A stretch of DNA of 64,000 nucleotides from a candidate division FCPU426 bacterium (GTDB taxonomy: Bacteria; Oederibacteriota; PGYV01; Palsa-1178): the NCBI GenBank assembly GCA_963840035.1, contig CAWIXE010000001.1, positions 1,088,001-1,152,000 of the forward strand, read 5' to 3'. Both the position numbers and the translations under genes were made by a program. A model generated the notes under the pieces. That model worked only from the letters and a program-made list of their open reading frames with translations, made no database searches and was not told where the DNA came from. Of the stretch, positions 28,734 through 38,895 are shown piece after piece. Every line of letters starts with the position of its first letter. The stretch's first letter is position 1.

Positions 28734-31340
28734 TTAAACCTCCGGAAAAATCATTATAAAAGTAGTGCCTTTTCCTTTGCCTTCTGACTCCGCCCATACA
28801 GCTCCGTTATGCAGCTCAACTATGTTTTTTACGATGTTCAGCCCCAGCCCCGTGCCCTGTACCGCGCGCGTATTAATGTTTTCCACCTGGTAGAATCTGT
28901 CAAAAACCCTGGCCAGTTTGTCTGCTTCAAGGCCCGGGCCGTGATCTGTAATGATAATGGCCGCAAAGCGGCCGTCCTTTAGCACGCCTTTGTTGGCATA
29001 TTCAGGAATCTTTATTTCGCCAAGGCTCATCATTTTCATCCGGATTTCGATGGATGAATTCATGGGTGAAAATTTAATTGCGTTGTTAATAAGGTTTATA
29101 ACAGCCTGTGAAACGCGGTAATCATCCGCGCTTATAACGAATGTTTCCGAAGCGCTCTTGTTGGTAATTATTATATTTTTTTTCTGTGAAAGGGACCGGA
29201 CATCCTTGACCGAGGAGTTTATTACGTCCGTAAGGTTGCAGTTCTTTTTTTCGATTGAAAAGCTTCCGGCTTCCATTTTTGCCGTGTCCAGGAGGTCGTT
29301 TATCAGATTAAGCAGCCTGTCGGAATTATTTTTAATAATTTCGAGAAACTCTTTCTGCTGCGCGGAAACCGGGCCGCCGACGCCGCTTAACAGAAAGGAA
29401 AGGAAGCCTTTTATGGAAGTGAGCGGGGTGCGAAGTTCATGCGATACCATGGAAGTGAAATTTGTTTTCAGTATCTCAAGTTCCTTGAGCTTCTCATAGC
29501 TTTCCTTGAGCTCCTGCTGCGCTTTTTTCTCTTCAGTGATATCCTCCTTAACTGCAATAAAACTGATGATGTCGCCGTTATCGTTCTTAATGGGGGAAAT
29601 GGAGGCGGATTCCCAGAAAAGTTCGCCGTTCTTTTTTTTGTTATGGAACTCGCCATGCCACTCGCGGCCTGATAGTATCGTGGCCCACAGCTCCGCATAG
29701 CGTTCTTTCGGCCAATCGCCGGATTTTAACATGCGCGGGTTTTCGCCGAGCGCTTCCTCGCGGGTATAACCCGTGACGTCGCAGAATTTCGGGTTTACAT
29801 ATGTGATGTTTCCGGCCGTGTCTGTTATCACTATGGAGGCGGGGCTTTGTTCTATGCCGGTGGATAATTTTGCCAGCTGTTCCTGTATTTCCCTGGTGTC
29901 AGTTATATCCTCGCCCGCGCAGATTAAGCCGACGGGTTTGCCGCTGTCGTCGGAGAGGACGGTATTTGTCCACTTAATATCACGCAGGTACATGTTGCGC
30001 GTATATATTGAATTTTCATAATACGCTGTTATCTCCGGGCCTGATTCCATGAGGTTCTGAAGGAATTTCACGGAATCACCGCGCAGGTATTCGGGTATAA
30101 AAATCCCGGGCCAGAATTTGCCTGCTACTTCCTGCTCAATGAAACCCGTTACGTCAAGGGCCTTTTTGTTCATAAGCACGGTGTTTAAGTCCCTGTCCAG
30201 CACGATTATGAAGATGTTCGCTATATTAAGGTATTTTTTCACCATATCGCGTTCGGTTATCAGTTCAGTCTCGATCTTTTTTAGCGCGCTGATGTCGCTG
30301 GCGACGCATACGATCCCGCGCATTTCCCCGCTTTCCTTTATTACGGACGCGGATACAAGGCAGGGCAGAGGCTCGCCTGAACCGCGCTTAAGCAGTATTT
30401 CTTTTTTGCTGTAAGACTCTTTTTTTATGACTTCCACCAGGAATGGCTTGAAGGCTGCGCCGTCAAAAAAATAATCGGAAAATCGTGTATTCAACAATTT
30501 CTGGCTTTTTTTGTTCAAAAGCAGGGAGGCGGCATTGTTGACATATTTAATTGACAGGTCTTCACCAAGCAGGAAGAGAGCCTCTGACATGCTCGAAATA
30601 ATAGTATCGGCGGCCATGACCGGAGTGATAGAAAAAAGGCGGTGCTTTACAATGGCGTAATAGGAGCCGACGCCCCAGATGGCTATATAAATATTTGATA
30701 TGTCTGTAAGTGGCGTATCCCAGCCGGGCAGTTTGAACAAAGGGACAAGCACCTGGAAATAGGAACCAAGAAGAAGCGGAGCCAGTGTAGAAAAGGCAAG
30801 GATAATAAGCTGTTTTTTTGTGTTTTGAAGTTCGGTGCGCGCGGCAGTAAACAGGAACAAAGCAATGCTGAACGATGAAATACCTATGTAATAAACATAA
30901 TAAACATATGTCCAAATTGAATCCATATGCCATGAGGTATGCCAGCCGTAACTCCTTTTTTCCGGAAGATGCATGAGAAAACCGCTCCAGTGTAGTGTGA
31001 TAAAGAGCAGCGGAAAGAAAATTATGGCGGCGTAAAAAAGTTTGTTTTGAGTCAATTTGGTTTTATTAGCGAGCAGAAGGCTGAACCAGAGCGAAATTGC
31101 CGGATATGAGCACCAGGCTATGGCGTCTATTTTATCAAATAAAATGGCAAGGTTCTCCGGAGTATCAGGGTTATGAAGGTATATTTTGCCGAAACTCCAG
31201 AGGGCAAATGAGGCATACAGCCCAAGACTGGTTTTGTTAAGGGTGGTGCTTATTCCGCGGCTTAAAATAAGCACCATTATAGAGGCATATAACATGAATG
31301 CGAATAAATGTATTACAGACATTGGCGGGAACCAGCTCAT
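28734..31340 (-). CDS. 7TM (HisKA_7TM-like) PAS sensor histidine kinase
   Basis: About 7 TM segments at the N-terminus, 3 PAS domains, SHELRTPL, NLINNAIKFS, GTGLGL. Confidence 0.92.
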   Translation of the reverse strand: MSWFPPMSVIHLFAFMLYASIMVLILSRGISTTLNKTSLGLYASFALWSFGKIYLHNPDTPENLAILFDKIDAIAWCSYPAISLWFSLLLANKTKLTQNKLFYAAIIFFPLLFITLHWSGFLMHLPEKRSYGWHTSWHMDSIWTYVYYVYYIGISSFSIALFLFTAARTELQNTKKQLIILAFSTLAPLLLGSYFQVLVPLFKLPGWDTPLTDISNIYIAIWGVGSYYAIVKHRLFSITPVMAADTIISSMSEALFLLGEDLSIKYVNNAASLLLNKKSQKLLNTRFSDYFFDGAAFKPFLVEVIKKESYSKKEILLKRGSGEPLPCLVSASVIKESGEMRGIVCVASDISALKKIETELITERDMVKKYLNIANIFIIVLDRDLNTVLMNKKALDVTGFIEQEVAGKFWPGIFIPEYLRGDSVKFLQNLMESGPEITAYYENSIYTRNMYLRDIKWTNTVLSDDSGKPVGLICAGEDITDTREIQEQLAKLSTGIEQSPASIVITDTAGNITYVNPKFCDVTGYTREEALGENPRMLKSGDWPKERYAELWATILSGREWHGEFHNKKKNGELFWESASISPIKNDNGDIISFIAVKEDITEEKKAQQELKESYEKLKELEILKTNFTSMVSHELRTPLTSIKGFLSFLLSGVGGPVSAQQKEFLEIIKNNSDRLLNLINDLLDTAKMEAGSFSIEKKNCNLTDVINSSVKDVRSLSQKKNIIITNKSASETFVISADDYRVSQAVINLINNAIKFSPMNSSIEIRMKMMSLGEIKIPEYANKGVLKDGRFAAIIITDHGPGLEADKLARVFDRFYQVENINTRAVQGTGLGLNIVKNIVELHNGAVWAESEGKGKGTTFIMIFPEV

Positions 31341-31374
31341 CGGCGCTCCTTGTTTGTGATAAACCCTATATACT

Positions 31375-31403
31375 ATTATAGTTTTTTAAAGGCGTAAAGT
31401 CAA
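31375..31403 (-). promoter_or_regulatory. sigma70 promoter TTGACT-17-TATAAT
   Basis: Near-consensus on the minus strand, upstream of the 31340 start. Confidence 0.7.
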
Positions 31404-31432
31404 GGAGCACAGGCTGGGAGCACAGGCCCGGG

Positions 31433-31637
31433 GTTATTGTATGTAATAGTGTGTAAATTCATATTTAACCGCATATATTGGCTTATTATACTTATTAAAT
31501 TTTCATCCCCCCTCTCCTCTTAGGAGAGGGGCTGGGGTGAGGTGAACCCGATTGTCTTATTTCCCTCACCCTGCCATCTCCCAAATGGGAGAGGGATAAA
31601 GGAACAAATCAATTTACACACAACTAAATACCGTATC
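31433..31637. mobile_element. MITE (IS256/Mutator-like ends), copy 1, 9-bp TSD AGGCCCGGG
   Basis: 27-bp imperfect TIRs ending GTGTGTAAATT; TSD 31424-31432 and 31638-31646; inverted homolog at 35429-35629. Confidence 0.8.
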
Positions 31638-31648
31638 AGGCCCGGGGG

Positions 31649-31677
31649 TTGCTTTATCTTATAGGCTGGAGTATAAT
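31649..31677 (+). promoter_or_regulatory. sigma70 promoter TTGCTT-17-TATAAT
   Basis: Motif match upstream of the kinase at 31707. Confidence 0.6.
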
Positions 31678-31706
31678 CATTTTAAATCATCATAAGGGGT
31701 GAAAAT

Positions 31707-33776
31707 TTGAAGAAAAAAATGGAGAAGCCTGCCTTAAAAAGTAAGGCTGCTTCACGCCGCCGGCCGTGGTCCAAAGAGGAAAAATACCGCGATATTGTCG
31801 AAAATTCAAGCATAATCATCCTGGACATGGATACTTCCGGCAGGGTTACATATTTCAGCCGCTACAGCAGGGAGTTTTTCGGGTTTTCAGCCTCTGAAAT
31901 AATCGGAAAAAATGTCATGGGGACCATAGTGCCATACCGGGATTCATACGGAAAAGACCTTTCAGAGCTCATGAAAAGTTTAAGCCTGTTTCCGGACAGG
32001 TATACCGTGAACGAAAACGAGAATGTTAAAAAGGACGGGACAAGGGTATGGATAGCCTGGACAAACAGGGGGAAGTTTGACAAAAAAGGAAGGCTGATTG
32101 GCGCGCATTGTTTCGGCATAGACCGGACAGGGCAAAAGCGCGCCGAAGACGAGCTTAACAGGTATAAGGGCTCGCTGGAGGAACTGGTAAAGTCAAGGAC
32201 GCTGGAACTTAAAAGGTCCTATGACGAACTGATGGAAAGCGAGACAAAATTCAGGACCATGTCGGATCTTTCGCTTGTGGGCATGATTGTGCTGCAGGAC
32301 GGCCTGATAAAATACGCGAACAACGGCTTTGCCCGGATGACAGGCTATGATATTGATGAACTCTATTCCATGGAACCCGGCGGCTTTCTGAGGATGATAC
32401 ATGAAAGCGACAGGGCTTTTGTGGAAGAACAGGCAAGGAAGAAGCAGCAGGGGGAAAAAGGGTACGTTACAAATTATCAGGCCCGCGCCAGAGCCAAGAA
32501 CGGGGAGTCCCGCTGGGTGAACATATTCGGGAATACCATACTTTTTGGCGGCAGGCCTGCGGATTTTATAAGCATTGTGGAAATAACTGAGATGAAGAAG
32601 GCCGAGGAAGCCCTCAGGATATCAGAACAAAAATTCAGGAATATATTTGAGGAAGCGCCTGCCGGGATATTCCAGTCCACATATGAAGGGAAATTCATAA
32701 GCGTGAACGCGAAGCTTGCGGAAATGTTCGGCTACGCATCGCCCGCGGCAATGCTTGAGGAAGTCACCGATATAAAAACGCAGCTTTTTGCGGACCCGGC
32801 GCAGAGAAAAATAATCGTGGAAAAATCAAATGCGTCATCTGGTTACGCCCACAATGAAATACTCTACAGGCGCAGGGATAACAGCAATTTTACCGCAAAC
32901 ATATACATGCGCGCGGTCAGGGACCTTGACGGGAAAACCCTGTTTTTTGAGGGATTTGTTGAGGATATTTCAGAACGAAAGGCCGCGGAAAAAGAACTTG
33001 AGAGATACAGGACACACCTTGAGGAACTTGTGGAATCAAGGACCATGGAATTAAACGCCGCAAAAGAGCAGGCGGAGTCGGCGGACAGGCTTAAATCCGC
33101 GTTCTTAGCGACCATGTCGCATGAATTAAGGACGCCGTTAAACTCCATCATCGGTTTTACGGGCATACTTTCGCAGGGGCTCGCGGGGCCGCTTAACGAC
33201 GAACAAAAAAAGCAGCTTGAGATGGTGCGGTCCAGCGCCGCGCACCTGCTGGAGCTAATTAATGACGTGCTGGATATATCAAAAATTGAAGCCGGTCAGT
33301 TCAACATTTCCGCAGCTGAGTTTAACATGGCCGACGTTGTAAAAAAGGCTGTAATGACGGCGCAGCCCATGGCCGAAAAAAAGGGGCTGATATTTGAGTC
33401 ATACATAGAAGAGAATGTGGGAAACGTGTCAGGCGACCGTAGGAGGGTGGAGCAGGTAATGCTAAACCTGATAAGTAACGCGGTGAAATTCACTGAAAAG
33501 GGGCGGATCCGGGTTGAATGCGCGCGCACCGATGATTCGGTCGAGGTTAAGGTTGCAGACCAGGGCATAGGTATAAAAAAAGAGGATATTAAAAAAATAT
33601 TCACTCCGTTTCAGCAGCTTGATTACGGAATGACAAGGCATTACGAAGGCACGGGGCTCGGGCTTTCGATCTCAAAAAAACTTGTTGAATTAATGGGCGG
33701 GAAAATATGGGTGGAAAGCGAACAGGGAAAAGGCTCTGTGTTCGGCTTTTTAATACCGCTTAAAAAGGGGGCGTGA
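31707..33776 (+). CDS. Cytoplasmic PAS sensor histidine kinase
   Basis: 3 PAS domains, FLATMSHELRTPLNSIIGF, NLISNAVKFT, GTGLGL. Confidence 0.93.
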   Translation: MKKKMEKPALKSKAASRRRPWSKEEKYRDIVENSSIIILDMDTSGRVTYFSRYSREFFGFSASEIIGKNVMGTIVPYRDSYGKDLSELMKSLSLFPDRYTVNENENVKKDGTRVWIAWTNRGKFDKKGRLIGAHCFGIDRTGQKRAEDELNRYKGSLEELVKSRTLELKRSYDELMESETKFRTMSDLSLVGMIVLQDGLIKYANNGFARMTGYDIDELYSMEPGGFLRMIHESDRAFVEEQARKKQQGEKGYVTNYQARARAKNGESRWVNIFGNTILFGGRPADFISIVEITEMKKAEEALRISEQKFRNIFEEAPAGIFQSTYEGKFISVNAKLAEMFGYASPAAMLEEVTDIKTQLFADPAQRKIIVEKSNASSGYAHNEILYRRRDNSNFTANIYMRAVRDLDGKTLFFEGFVEDISERKAAEKELERYRTHLEELVESRTMELNAAKEQAESADRLKSAFLATMSHELRTPLNSIIGFTGILSQGLAGPLNDEQKKQLEMVRSSAAHLLELINDVLDISKIEAGQFNISAAEFNMADVVKKAVMTAQPMAEKKGLIFESYIEENVGNVSGDRRRVEQVMLNLISNAVKFTEKGRIRVECARTDDSVEVKVADQGIGIKKEDIKKIFTPFQQLDYGMTRHYEGTGLGLSISKKLVELMGGKIWVESEQGKGSVFGFLIPLKKGA

Positions 33777-34153
33777 TGGGCAATAAAATTTTATATATAG
33801 AGGATAATGACCAGAATTTTTACCTGGTAAAGTTCATACTTGCAGCCAGGGGGCTTGATGTGGTACAGGCAAAGGACGGAATATCAGGGATAGAGGCGGT
33901 AAATGAGATAAAACCGGATATTGTGCTGCTGGATATTCAGCTTCCGACTATGAGCGGTTATGAAGTGGCAGCGGAGTTGCGTAAAAATACAAGCCTTAAC
34001 AATGTGCCCATTATAGCGCTTACATCATATGCTATGGCCGGTGACCGGGAAAAGGCGATGGAAGCCGGGTGTACCGGGTACATAGAAAAACCAATAAACC
34101 CGGATACGTTCCTCGGGCAGGTCATGTCGTATTTAAACGGGGAGGAAAAATGA
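33773..34153 (+). CDS. Single-domain response regulator (DivK-like)
   Basis: ILYIEDN, LLDIQLP, ALTSYAMAGD, GCTGYIEKPI. Confidence 0.92.
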   Translation: MMGNKILYIEDNDQNFYLVKFILAARGLDVVQAKDGISGIEAVNEIKPDIVLLDIQLPTMSGYEVAAELRKNTSLNNVPIIALTSYAMAGDREKAMEAGCTGYIEKPINPDTFLGQVMSYLNGEEK

Positions 34154-35376
34154 AAAAAATACTTATTGTAGATGACAATTCAAATAACCGCTATTACCTT
34201 GAGCAGCTGCTAAAAGGGGGCGGTTTTGAAACGGCTTCGGCAGTGAACGGGGAAGAGGCTTTGAAAATGGCGTCTGAAAAGAGGCCCGACGTTATCATAA
34301 GCGACATTCTGATGCCGGTGATGGACGGTTTTGAATTGTGCAGGCGGATAAAGGCTGACAGTAAACTCTGGCAGATACCGATTATCATATATACGGCCAC
34401 TTATACCGAACCTGAAGATGAAAAATTGGCGCTGGATCTGGGCGCGGATATGTTCATTGTCAAGCCAAAACAACCCGAGGAACTGCTGAAAGCCGTGGGT
34501 GAAATGCTGCGTAGAGGGGTAGGGGGAGGAAAGGAGCTGCACCCGGGAAAAGATATGGAGAACAGGCTCGCGCTCTTGGACCAGTATAATAAAACGCTTT
34601 TTCATAAGCTTGAACAAAAGATACAAGACCTGGAAGGCGAGGTCCTGAAAAGGACAAAAACCGAGGAAAAACTATCGCTCACGGTAGCGGCGCTTAAAAA
34701 ATCAAACGCAGAACTTCAGAAATTCACAAATGCGGCGTCGCATGACCTGCAGGAACCCCTGAGGATGGTATCGAGCTATGTGCAGCTGTTGAAAAAGAAA
34801 TACACTGGAAAATTGGACAATGAGGCTGAAAGCTATATAGAGACCGCTGTCATGGGGTCAGTGCGCATGAGCGAACTGATAAAAGGCATGATAGAATACC
34901 TTGATGTGGATTTAAAAGCACGGGAAGCGGAAACATGCGACATGAACGAGGCGGCGGACGCGGCAGTCGTGGATTACAGTTTGCAGCTGCATGAGAAAGG
35001 CGGTTCTATAAGCAGGGATACACTGCTGCCGGTAAAGGGCGAAAAGGATAAAATAATAAGGGTCATAGGAAGTCTTATTGACAATGCCATCAGGTTCTCC
35101 AGAAAAGGCGCTGCGCCGGCAATTCACATATCATGCGAAAGTGAAGGCAATGCGGTAAAGTTCGGTGTAAAGGATAACGGCATCGGCGTGCCGGCGAAGT
35201 ATTTCAATAAGATATTCATTATATTCCAGAAACTGCACCCCAAGGATGAATACGGCGGAAACGGCATGGGGCTTGCGATATGCAAAAAACTTATAGAAGG
35301 AATGGGCGGGGATATGTGGGTGGAGTCTGAGGAAGGGAAAGGTTCGGAGTTCTTTTTCACGCTGCCGGCCGCGTAA
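34150..35376 (+). CDS. Receiver-histidine kinase hybrid
   Basis: N-terminal receiver (ILIVDD, SDILMP), SHDLQEPLR H-box, HATPase; GGAGG RBS before ATG 34150. Confidence 0.9.
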   Translation: MKKILIVDDNSNNRYYLEQLLKGGGFETASAVNGEEALKMASEKRPDVIISDILMPVMDGFELCRRIKADSKLWQIPIIIYTATYTEPEDEKLALDLGADMFIVKPKQPEELLKAVGEMLRRGVGGGKELHPGKDMENRLALLDQYNKTLFHKLEQKIQDLEGEVLKRTKTEEKLSLTVAALKKSNAELQKFTNAASHDLQEPLRMVSSYVQLLKKKYTGKLDNEAESYIETAVMGSVRMSELIKGMIEYLDVDLKAREAETCDMNEAADAAVVDYSLQLHEKGGSISRDTLLPVKGEKDKIIRVIGSLIDNAIRFSRKGAAPAIHISCESEGNAVKFGVKDNGIGVPAKYFNKIFIIFQKLHPKDEYGGNGMGLAICKKLIEGMGGDMWVESEEGKGSEFFFTLPAA

Positions 35377-35428
35377 CTTTTTCACTTAATTTATCTGCCC
35401 GGACACGCAACCCGTCAACCGGCAATTC

Positions 35429-35629
35429 GATATTGTCAAGAATTGTGTGTAAATTGTTTTGTTCTTTTTTCCCTCTCCCCTTGGGAGAGGGTAGGGTGAG
35501 GGGAATAAGACAATTGGTTTCACCTCACCCCAGCCCCTCTCCTAAGAGGAGAGGGGGAGCAGTGGTAGAAGAAAATTAACACGTTTAATATAAGCAAATA
35601 TGAATTTACACACGATTATATACAATAAC
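35429..35629. mobile_element. MITE copy 2 (inverted relative to copy 1), 8-bp TSD GGCAATTC
   Basis: TIRs GATATTGTCAAGAATTGTGTGTAAATT / AATTTACACACGATTATATACAATAAC; TSD 35421-35428 and 35630-35637. Confidence 0.8.
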
Positions 35630-35644
35630 GGCAATTCGTTCTTA

Positions 35645-35673
35645 TTGCCTTAAAGTTTATTTTCTGTTATTAT
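35645..35673 (+). promoter_or_regulatory. sigma70 promoter TTGCCT-17-TATTAT with extended -10
   Basis: Motif match upstream of the ORF at 35700. Confidence 0.55.
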
Positions 35674-35699
35674 TAATGCATTAATCATACGGAGGGAAT

Positions 35700-36404
35700 A
35701 TGGACGCATCCACAAGGCTTTTTTCATTTGTAGTCGAGCTGGTTTTTCTGCCGGCGCAGATAGAGGACAGGAAAATAAGGGAAATCTTCGATAAAATATC
35801 CGATAGCCACTCAATCACGTCGTTTATGACCATGCCGGACGGCTCCATACAGATGGCTTCAAAGGATGAAAAGAATAACCTTACCAAATACCGCGTATTA
35901 AAGGACAGGGTTGTACTTTCCTATGATTTCTGCGCGAACAGCTTAAACTACTATCAGGGGCTGGTAACGGATTTTACTGAGATTTTTTCCGCCGCTACGG
36001 GGGTTCCCATGGCCATCATGCACAGTGTTATCATAAGGAAACTTATCAACTTCAAAGGCATAGAGGATTCAAGGGATTTCCTCATTAAAAAGGTCTTTTC
36101 ACTGACTGAGGGGAACCTACAGAAGTTCGGCAGGCCCCTGCATATGATGGGAACGAGGATATTTTTCCCTCCTGTCCCGGCTGATATGGTGACATACGAT
36201 ATAAAGATAGAAAGCTCCATGGAGGATTACAGGACGCTTTTTCTGGAATGCGTTTCAATATTTTCAAAGCCAATTGATTTTAAATCAAACGGAATGACCG
36301 AACTGTCCGCGGACATAAATAAGGCGGATGAGTTTTTGAGCAAAAACATAATGGGGTTTTTGGAACAGTTCAGCAGAAATAGTGAGACAGGAGACAAGAG
36401 ATAG
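35700..36404 (+). CDS. Hypothetical alpha/beta protein
   Basis: 234-aa ORF with GGAGG RBS and promoter; no confident family. Confidence 0.7.
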   Translation: MDASTRLFSFVVELVFLPAQIEDRKIREIFDKISDSHSITSFMTMPDGSIQMASKDEKNNLTKYRVLKDRVVLSYDFCANSLNYYQGLVTDFTEIFSAATGVPMAIMHSVIIRKLINFKGIEDSRDFLIKKVFSLTEGNLQKFGRPLHMMGTRIFFPPVPADMVTYDIKIESSMEDYRTLFLECVSIFSKPIDFKSNGMTELSADINKADEFLSKNIMGFLEQFSRNSETGDKR

Positions 36405-36461
36405 GAGACAGGAGTAAAACAAAACCGTATTTGTTATACTCTTGTCTCTTATCTCCAGTCT
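36384..36461. repeat. Heptamer tandem-repeat hairpin (GAGACAG/GAGATAG)
   Basis: GAGACAG GAGACAA GAGATAG GAGACAG GAGTA versus TACTCTTGTCTCTTATCTCCAGTCT. Confidence 0.65.
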
Positions 36462-36494
36462 AAAAAATAATAAACTTTAACTTCCGGAGGCATT

Positions 36495-37979
36495 ATGAAG
36501 GTATCATCCAGCGCTAAAAACCTGTTCGACATCCCGGCAGGCATGTACGTTGTGCCGGTAATTAAGGGCGATAGGAAGCAGTTTTCAGGCAAAACTTACG
36601 CGCCGCTTGGCGCAAAGATAAATTCGCTGGTGAACTCAGGCGAGATTGACGCGGATTATAAAAAGAAATCCGTGTTCACGCTTGAGACAAAAAGCGGGCT
36701 TAAAAAAATATTTTTCATCGGCCTGGGAGAAGCAGAAAAACTTGACTCTGAAAAGTTGCGTGAAGCAGCCGGTTTTTGCCTGAAGGAAATAAAGGCGTTG
36801 GGCGCCAAAACAGCCGCAAGCGTCAGCTTTTTAAGCGATTCCGCTGATTTCAAGGCCCAGCTTGAAGGTTTTATGCTGGCGGATTACGTATATTCGTCGT
36901 TTAAAACCGGAAAGAAAGACCCGGTACTTGACAGTCTTGTCTTCGCTGCTGCCGGTTTAAGCTTAAACAAAGTCATTGATGAGGTTGTAACTGTTGTTGA
37001 CGCGGTATTTTTCGCCAAGGAACTCATGAACGGGCCTTCGAACTATTCAACGCCCACAAAGATAGCGGCATCAGCCATGGAAGCAGCAAAGACATCAAAG
37101 AAGATCAAAATTAAGGTGTTTGAGCTCGCCGAAGTAAAAAAGATGGGCATGGGTTCTTTTTATAATGTGGCAAAGGGTTCGGATGAGCCGGCTAAATTTA
37201 TCGTAGCCGAGTATAAAGGCGCGTCTGTTTCAAAGAAACCCGTGGTTTTCGTCGGCAAGGGAATCACCTTTGATACCGGCGGCATATGCCTTAAACCCGC
37301 CACGAGCGGGCTTTCAGTTATAGAGGACATGAAATTTGACATGTCAGGCGCGGCAGCCGTAATCGCGCTTATGAAAATAATCGCGTCGCGGAAACTGCCG
37401 ATAAACGCCGTGTTCATAGCGCCTGTAACTGAGAATATGCCTTCAGGAAAAGCATATAAACCCGGGGATATTTTAAAGACGCTCTCCGGCAAGACCGTTG
37501 AGGTCATTTCAACTGACGCGGAAGGCCGACTGATACTTTGCGACGCGCTTTCATACGCGCAGAAATACAAACCCATGCTTATAGTTGACATAGCGACCTT
37601 AACAGGCGCGTGTGTTATGGCGCTGGGGCATTACGCCACAGGCTTGATGGGCAACAGCCCGGAATACATGGAACTGATGGAAAAAGCGGGCGAGGAGAGC
37701 GGCGAGCGCGTGTGGGAGCTTCCCATGCTCGAGGAATACGCGGTAACGCTTAAGTCAAAATACGCGGATTTAAAAAATCTGGGCGAAGGCGGCGCCGGCA
37801 CGGCAGTCGCCGGGCTTTTTCTTAAGGAATTTGTGGGCACGACGCCGTGGATACACCTGGACATCGCGGGTACGGCTTACGGAATAAAAAATAAATCATA
37901 TATTCCTGACGGGACAGCGGCTACAGGGGTAAGGCTTCTTTACGAATTTACAAAAAAACTCATTAGAGGAGGGTATTAG
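36495..37979 (+). CDS. pepA: Leucyl aminopeptidase (M17)
   Basis: VGKGITFDTGG, MKFDMSGA, STDAEGRL, DIATLTGA, WIHLDIAG. Confidence 0.95.
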   Translation: MKVSSSAKNLFDIPAGMYVVPVIKGDRKQFSGKTYAPLGAKINSLVNSGEIDADYKKKSVFTLETKSGLKKIFFIGLGEAEKLDSEKLREAAGFCLKEIKALGAKTAASVSFLSDSADFKAQLEGFMLADYVYSSFKTGKKDPVLDSLVFAAAGLSLNKVIDEVVTVVDAVFFAKELMNGPSNYSTPTKIAASAMEAAKTSKKIKIKVFELAEVKKMGMGSFYNVAKGSDEPAKFIVAEYKGASVSKKPVVFVGKGITFDTGGICLKPATSGLSVIEDMKFDMSGAAAVIALMKIIASRKLPINAVFIAPVTENMPSGKAYKPGDILKTLSGKTVEVISTDAEGRLILCDALSYAQKYKPMLIVDIATLTGACVMALGHYATGLMGNSPEYMELMEKAGEESGERVWELPMLEEYAVTLKSKYADLKNLGEGGAGTAVAGLFLKEFVGTTPWIHLDIAGTAYGIKNKSYIPDGTAATGVRLLYEFTKKLIRGGY

Positions 37980-37980
37980 C

Positions 37981-38547
37981 ATGAAAAAGTTACTTGCGGT
38001 TGTACTTTGTCTTATGGTTTCAGTTTCACTTTTCGCGGCGGCCGAGGAAAAATCGGATTTCACCCCGCTTAAAGACAAGCTTTCACTCGGTTTTAATTTC
38101 TCGGCACAGGAAGTTTCGCTCAGGTTGTGGCCGACTGACAGCATCGGCGTTCAGGCAACGGCCGGTTTTCAGATGTACGGAAATTCCATGTCATTTGGCC
38201 TGGGCGGCGGCATGGTAATCCCGATGAAGGAAAAAGGAAGCCTTGCGTTTAACCTTATTCCGGGGCTTAAGTTTAACTACGCCAACTCGTGGGGAACCAG
38301 ACCTGTCACGGATATCAAGTACAGCGACAGCACGATTGATTTCATGGGAGGTGCTGAATTTGAAGTGGCGCTTCTTTTAAGTGCAATCAGCGACAAACTA
38401 TCTATAGCAAGCGGTATTGGCTTTTGGCTTGGAGTAAACATTGAATCACATACTGAAGATACTACGACTACATCAGAAACACATTTTGTCCTTGACCTGG
38501 CCAAATCAATCGGCGTAAAGGTGCTTGAAATCAGATACTACTTCTAA
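37981..38547 (+). CDS. Outer-membrane beta-barrel protein
   Basis: Signal peptide, alternating beta strands, C-terminal IRYYF. Confidence 0.8.
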   Translation: MKKLLAVVLCLMVSVSLFAAAEEKSDFTPLKDKLSLGFNFSAQEVSLRLWPTDSIGVQATAGFQMYGNSMSFGLGGGMVIPMKEKGSLAFNLIPGLKFNYANSWGTRPVTDIKYSDSTIDFMGGAEFEVALLLSAISDKLSIASGIGFWLGVNIESHTEDTTTTSETHFVLDLAKSIGVKVLEIRYYF

Positions 38548-38559
38548 AATATCTTTAAT

Positions 38560-38591
38560 GAAAAGGGCAGCCTAACGGCTGCCCTTTTTTT
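38560..38591 (+). terminator. Intrinsic terminator
   Basis: AAAAGGGCAGCC-TAAC-GGCTGCCC-TTTTTTT. Confidence 0.85.
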
Positions 38592-38698
38592 ATGCCGGTT
38601 ATTCCGGGTATTGGCAGCCGCAGCCTCCAAGTCCGTCGCAGCTTAAGCGGAGACGGATTAGGCTGCGAAACGCCGGCGTTTTAGAAACTTATGCATAT

Positions 38699-38895
38699 GG
38701 CTGCGGGAACGGCAAATGTTTTTTTGATGCGGGTTAAGCTGTCTTGAGGTGATGCTGAAGTTTGCAGTTTAGTCGCGGGAGGCGATATGTTCTAAAATCG
38801 TTTTGTACCCAGCCGGGCGTGAGGGCCGATAGTTTACCCGAGGCAAAAGTTTGAACACCAATATCATCAAAAAAACATTTGCCGCTCCCGCAGCC
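38699..38895. mobile_element. 197-bp element bounded by 31-bp inverted repeats (MITE-like or structured RNA)
   Basis: GGCTGCGGGAACGGCAAATGTTTTTTTGATG versus CATCAAAAAAACATTTGCCGCTCCCGCAGCC (30/31); no TSD seen. Confidence 0.55.

Noticed and set aside
31433..35629. Composite transposon carrying the kinase/regulator module
   Set aside because: Each MITE has its own different TSD, indicating independent insertions; the outer flanks share no duplication
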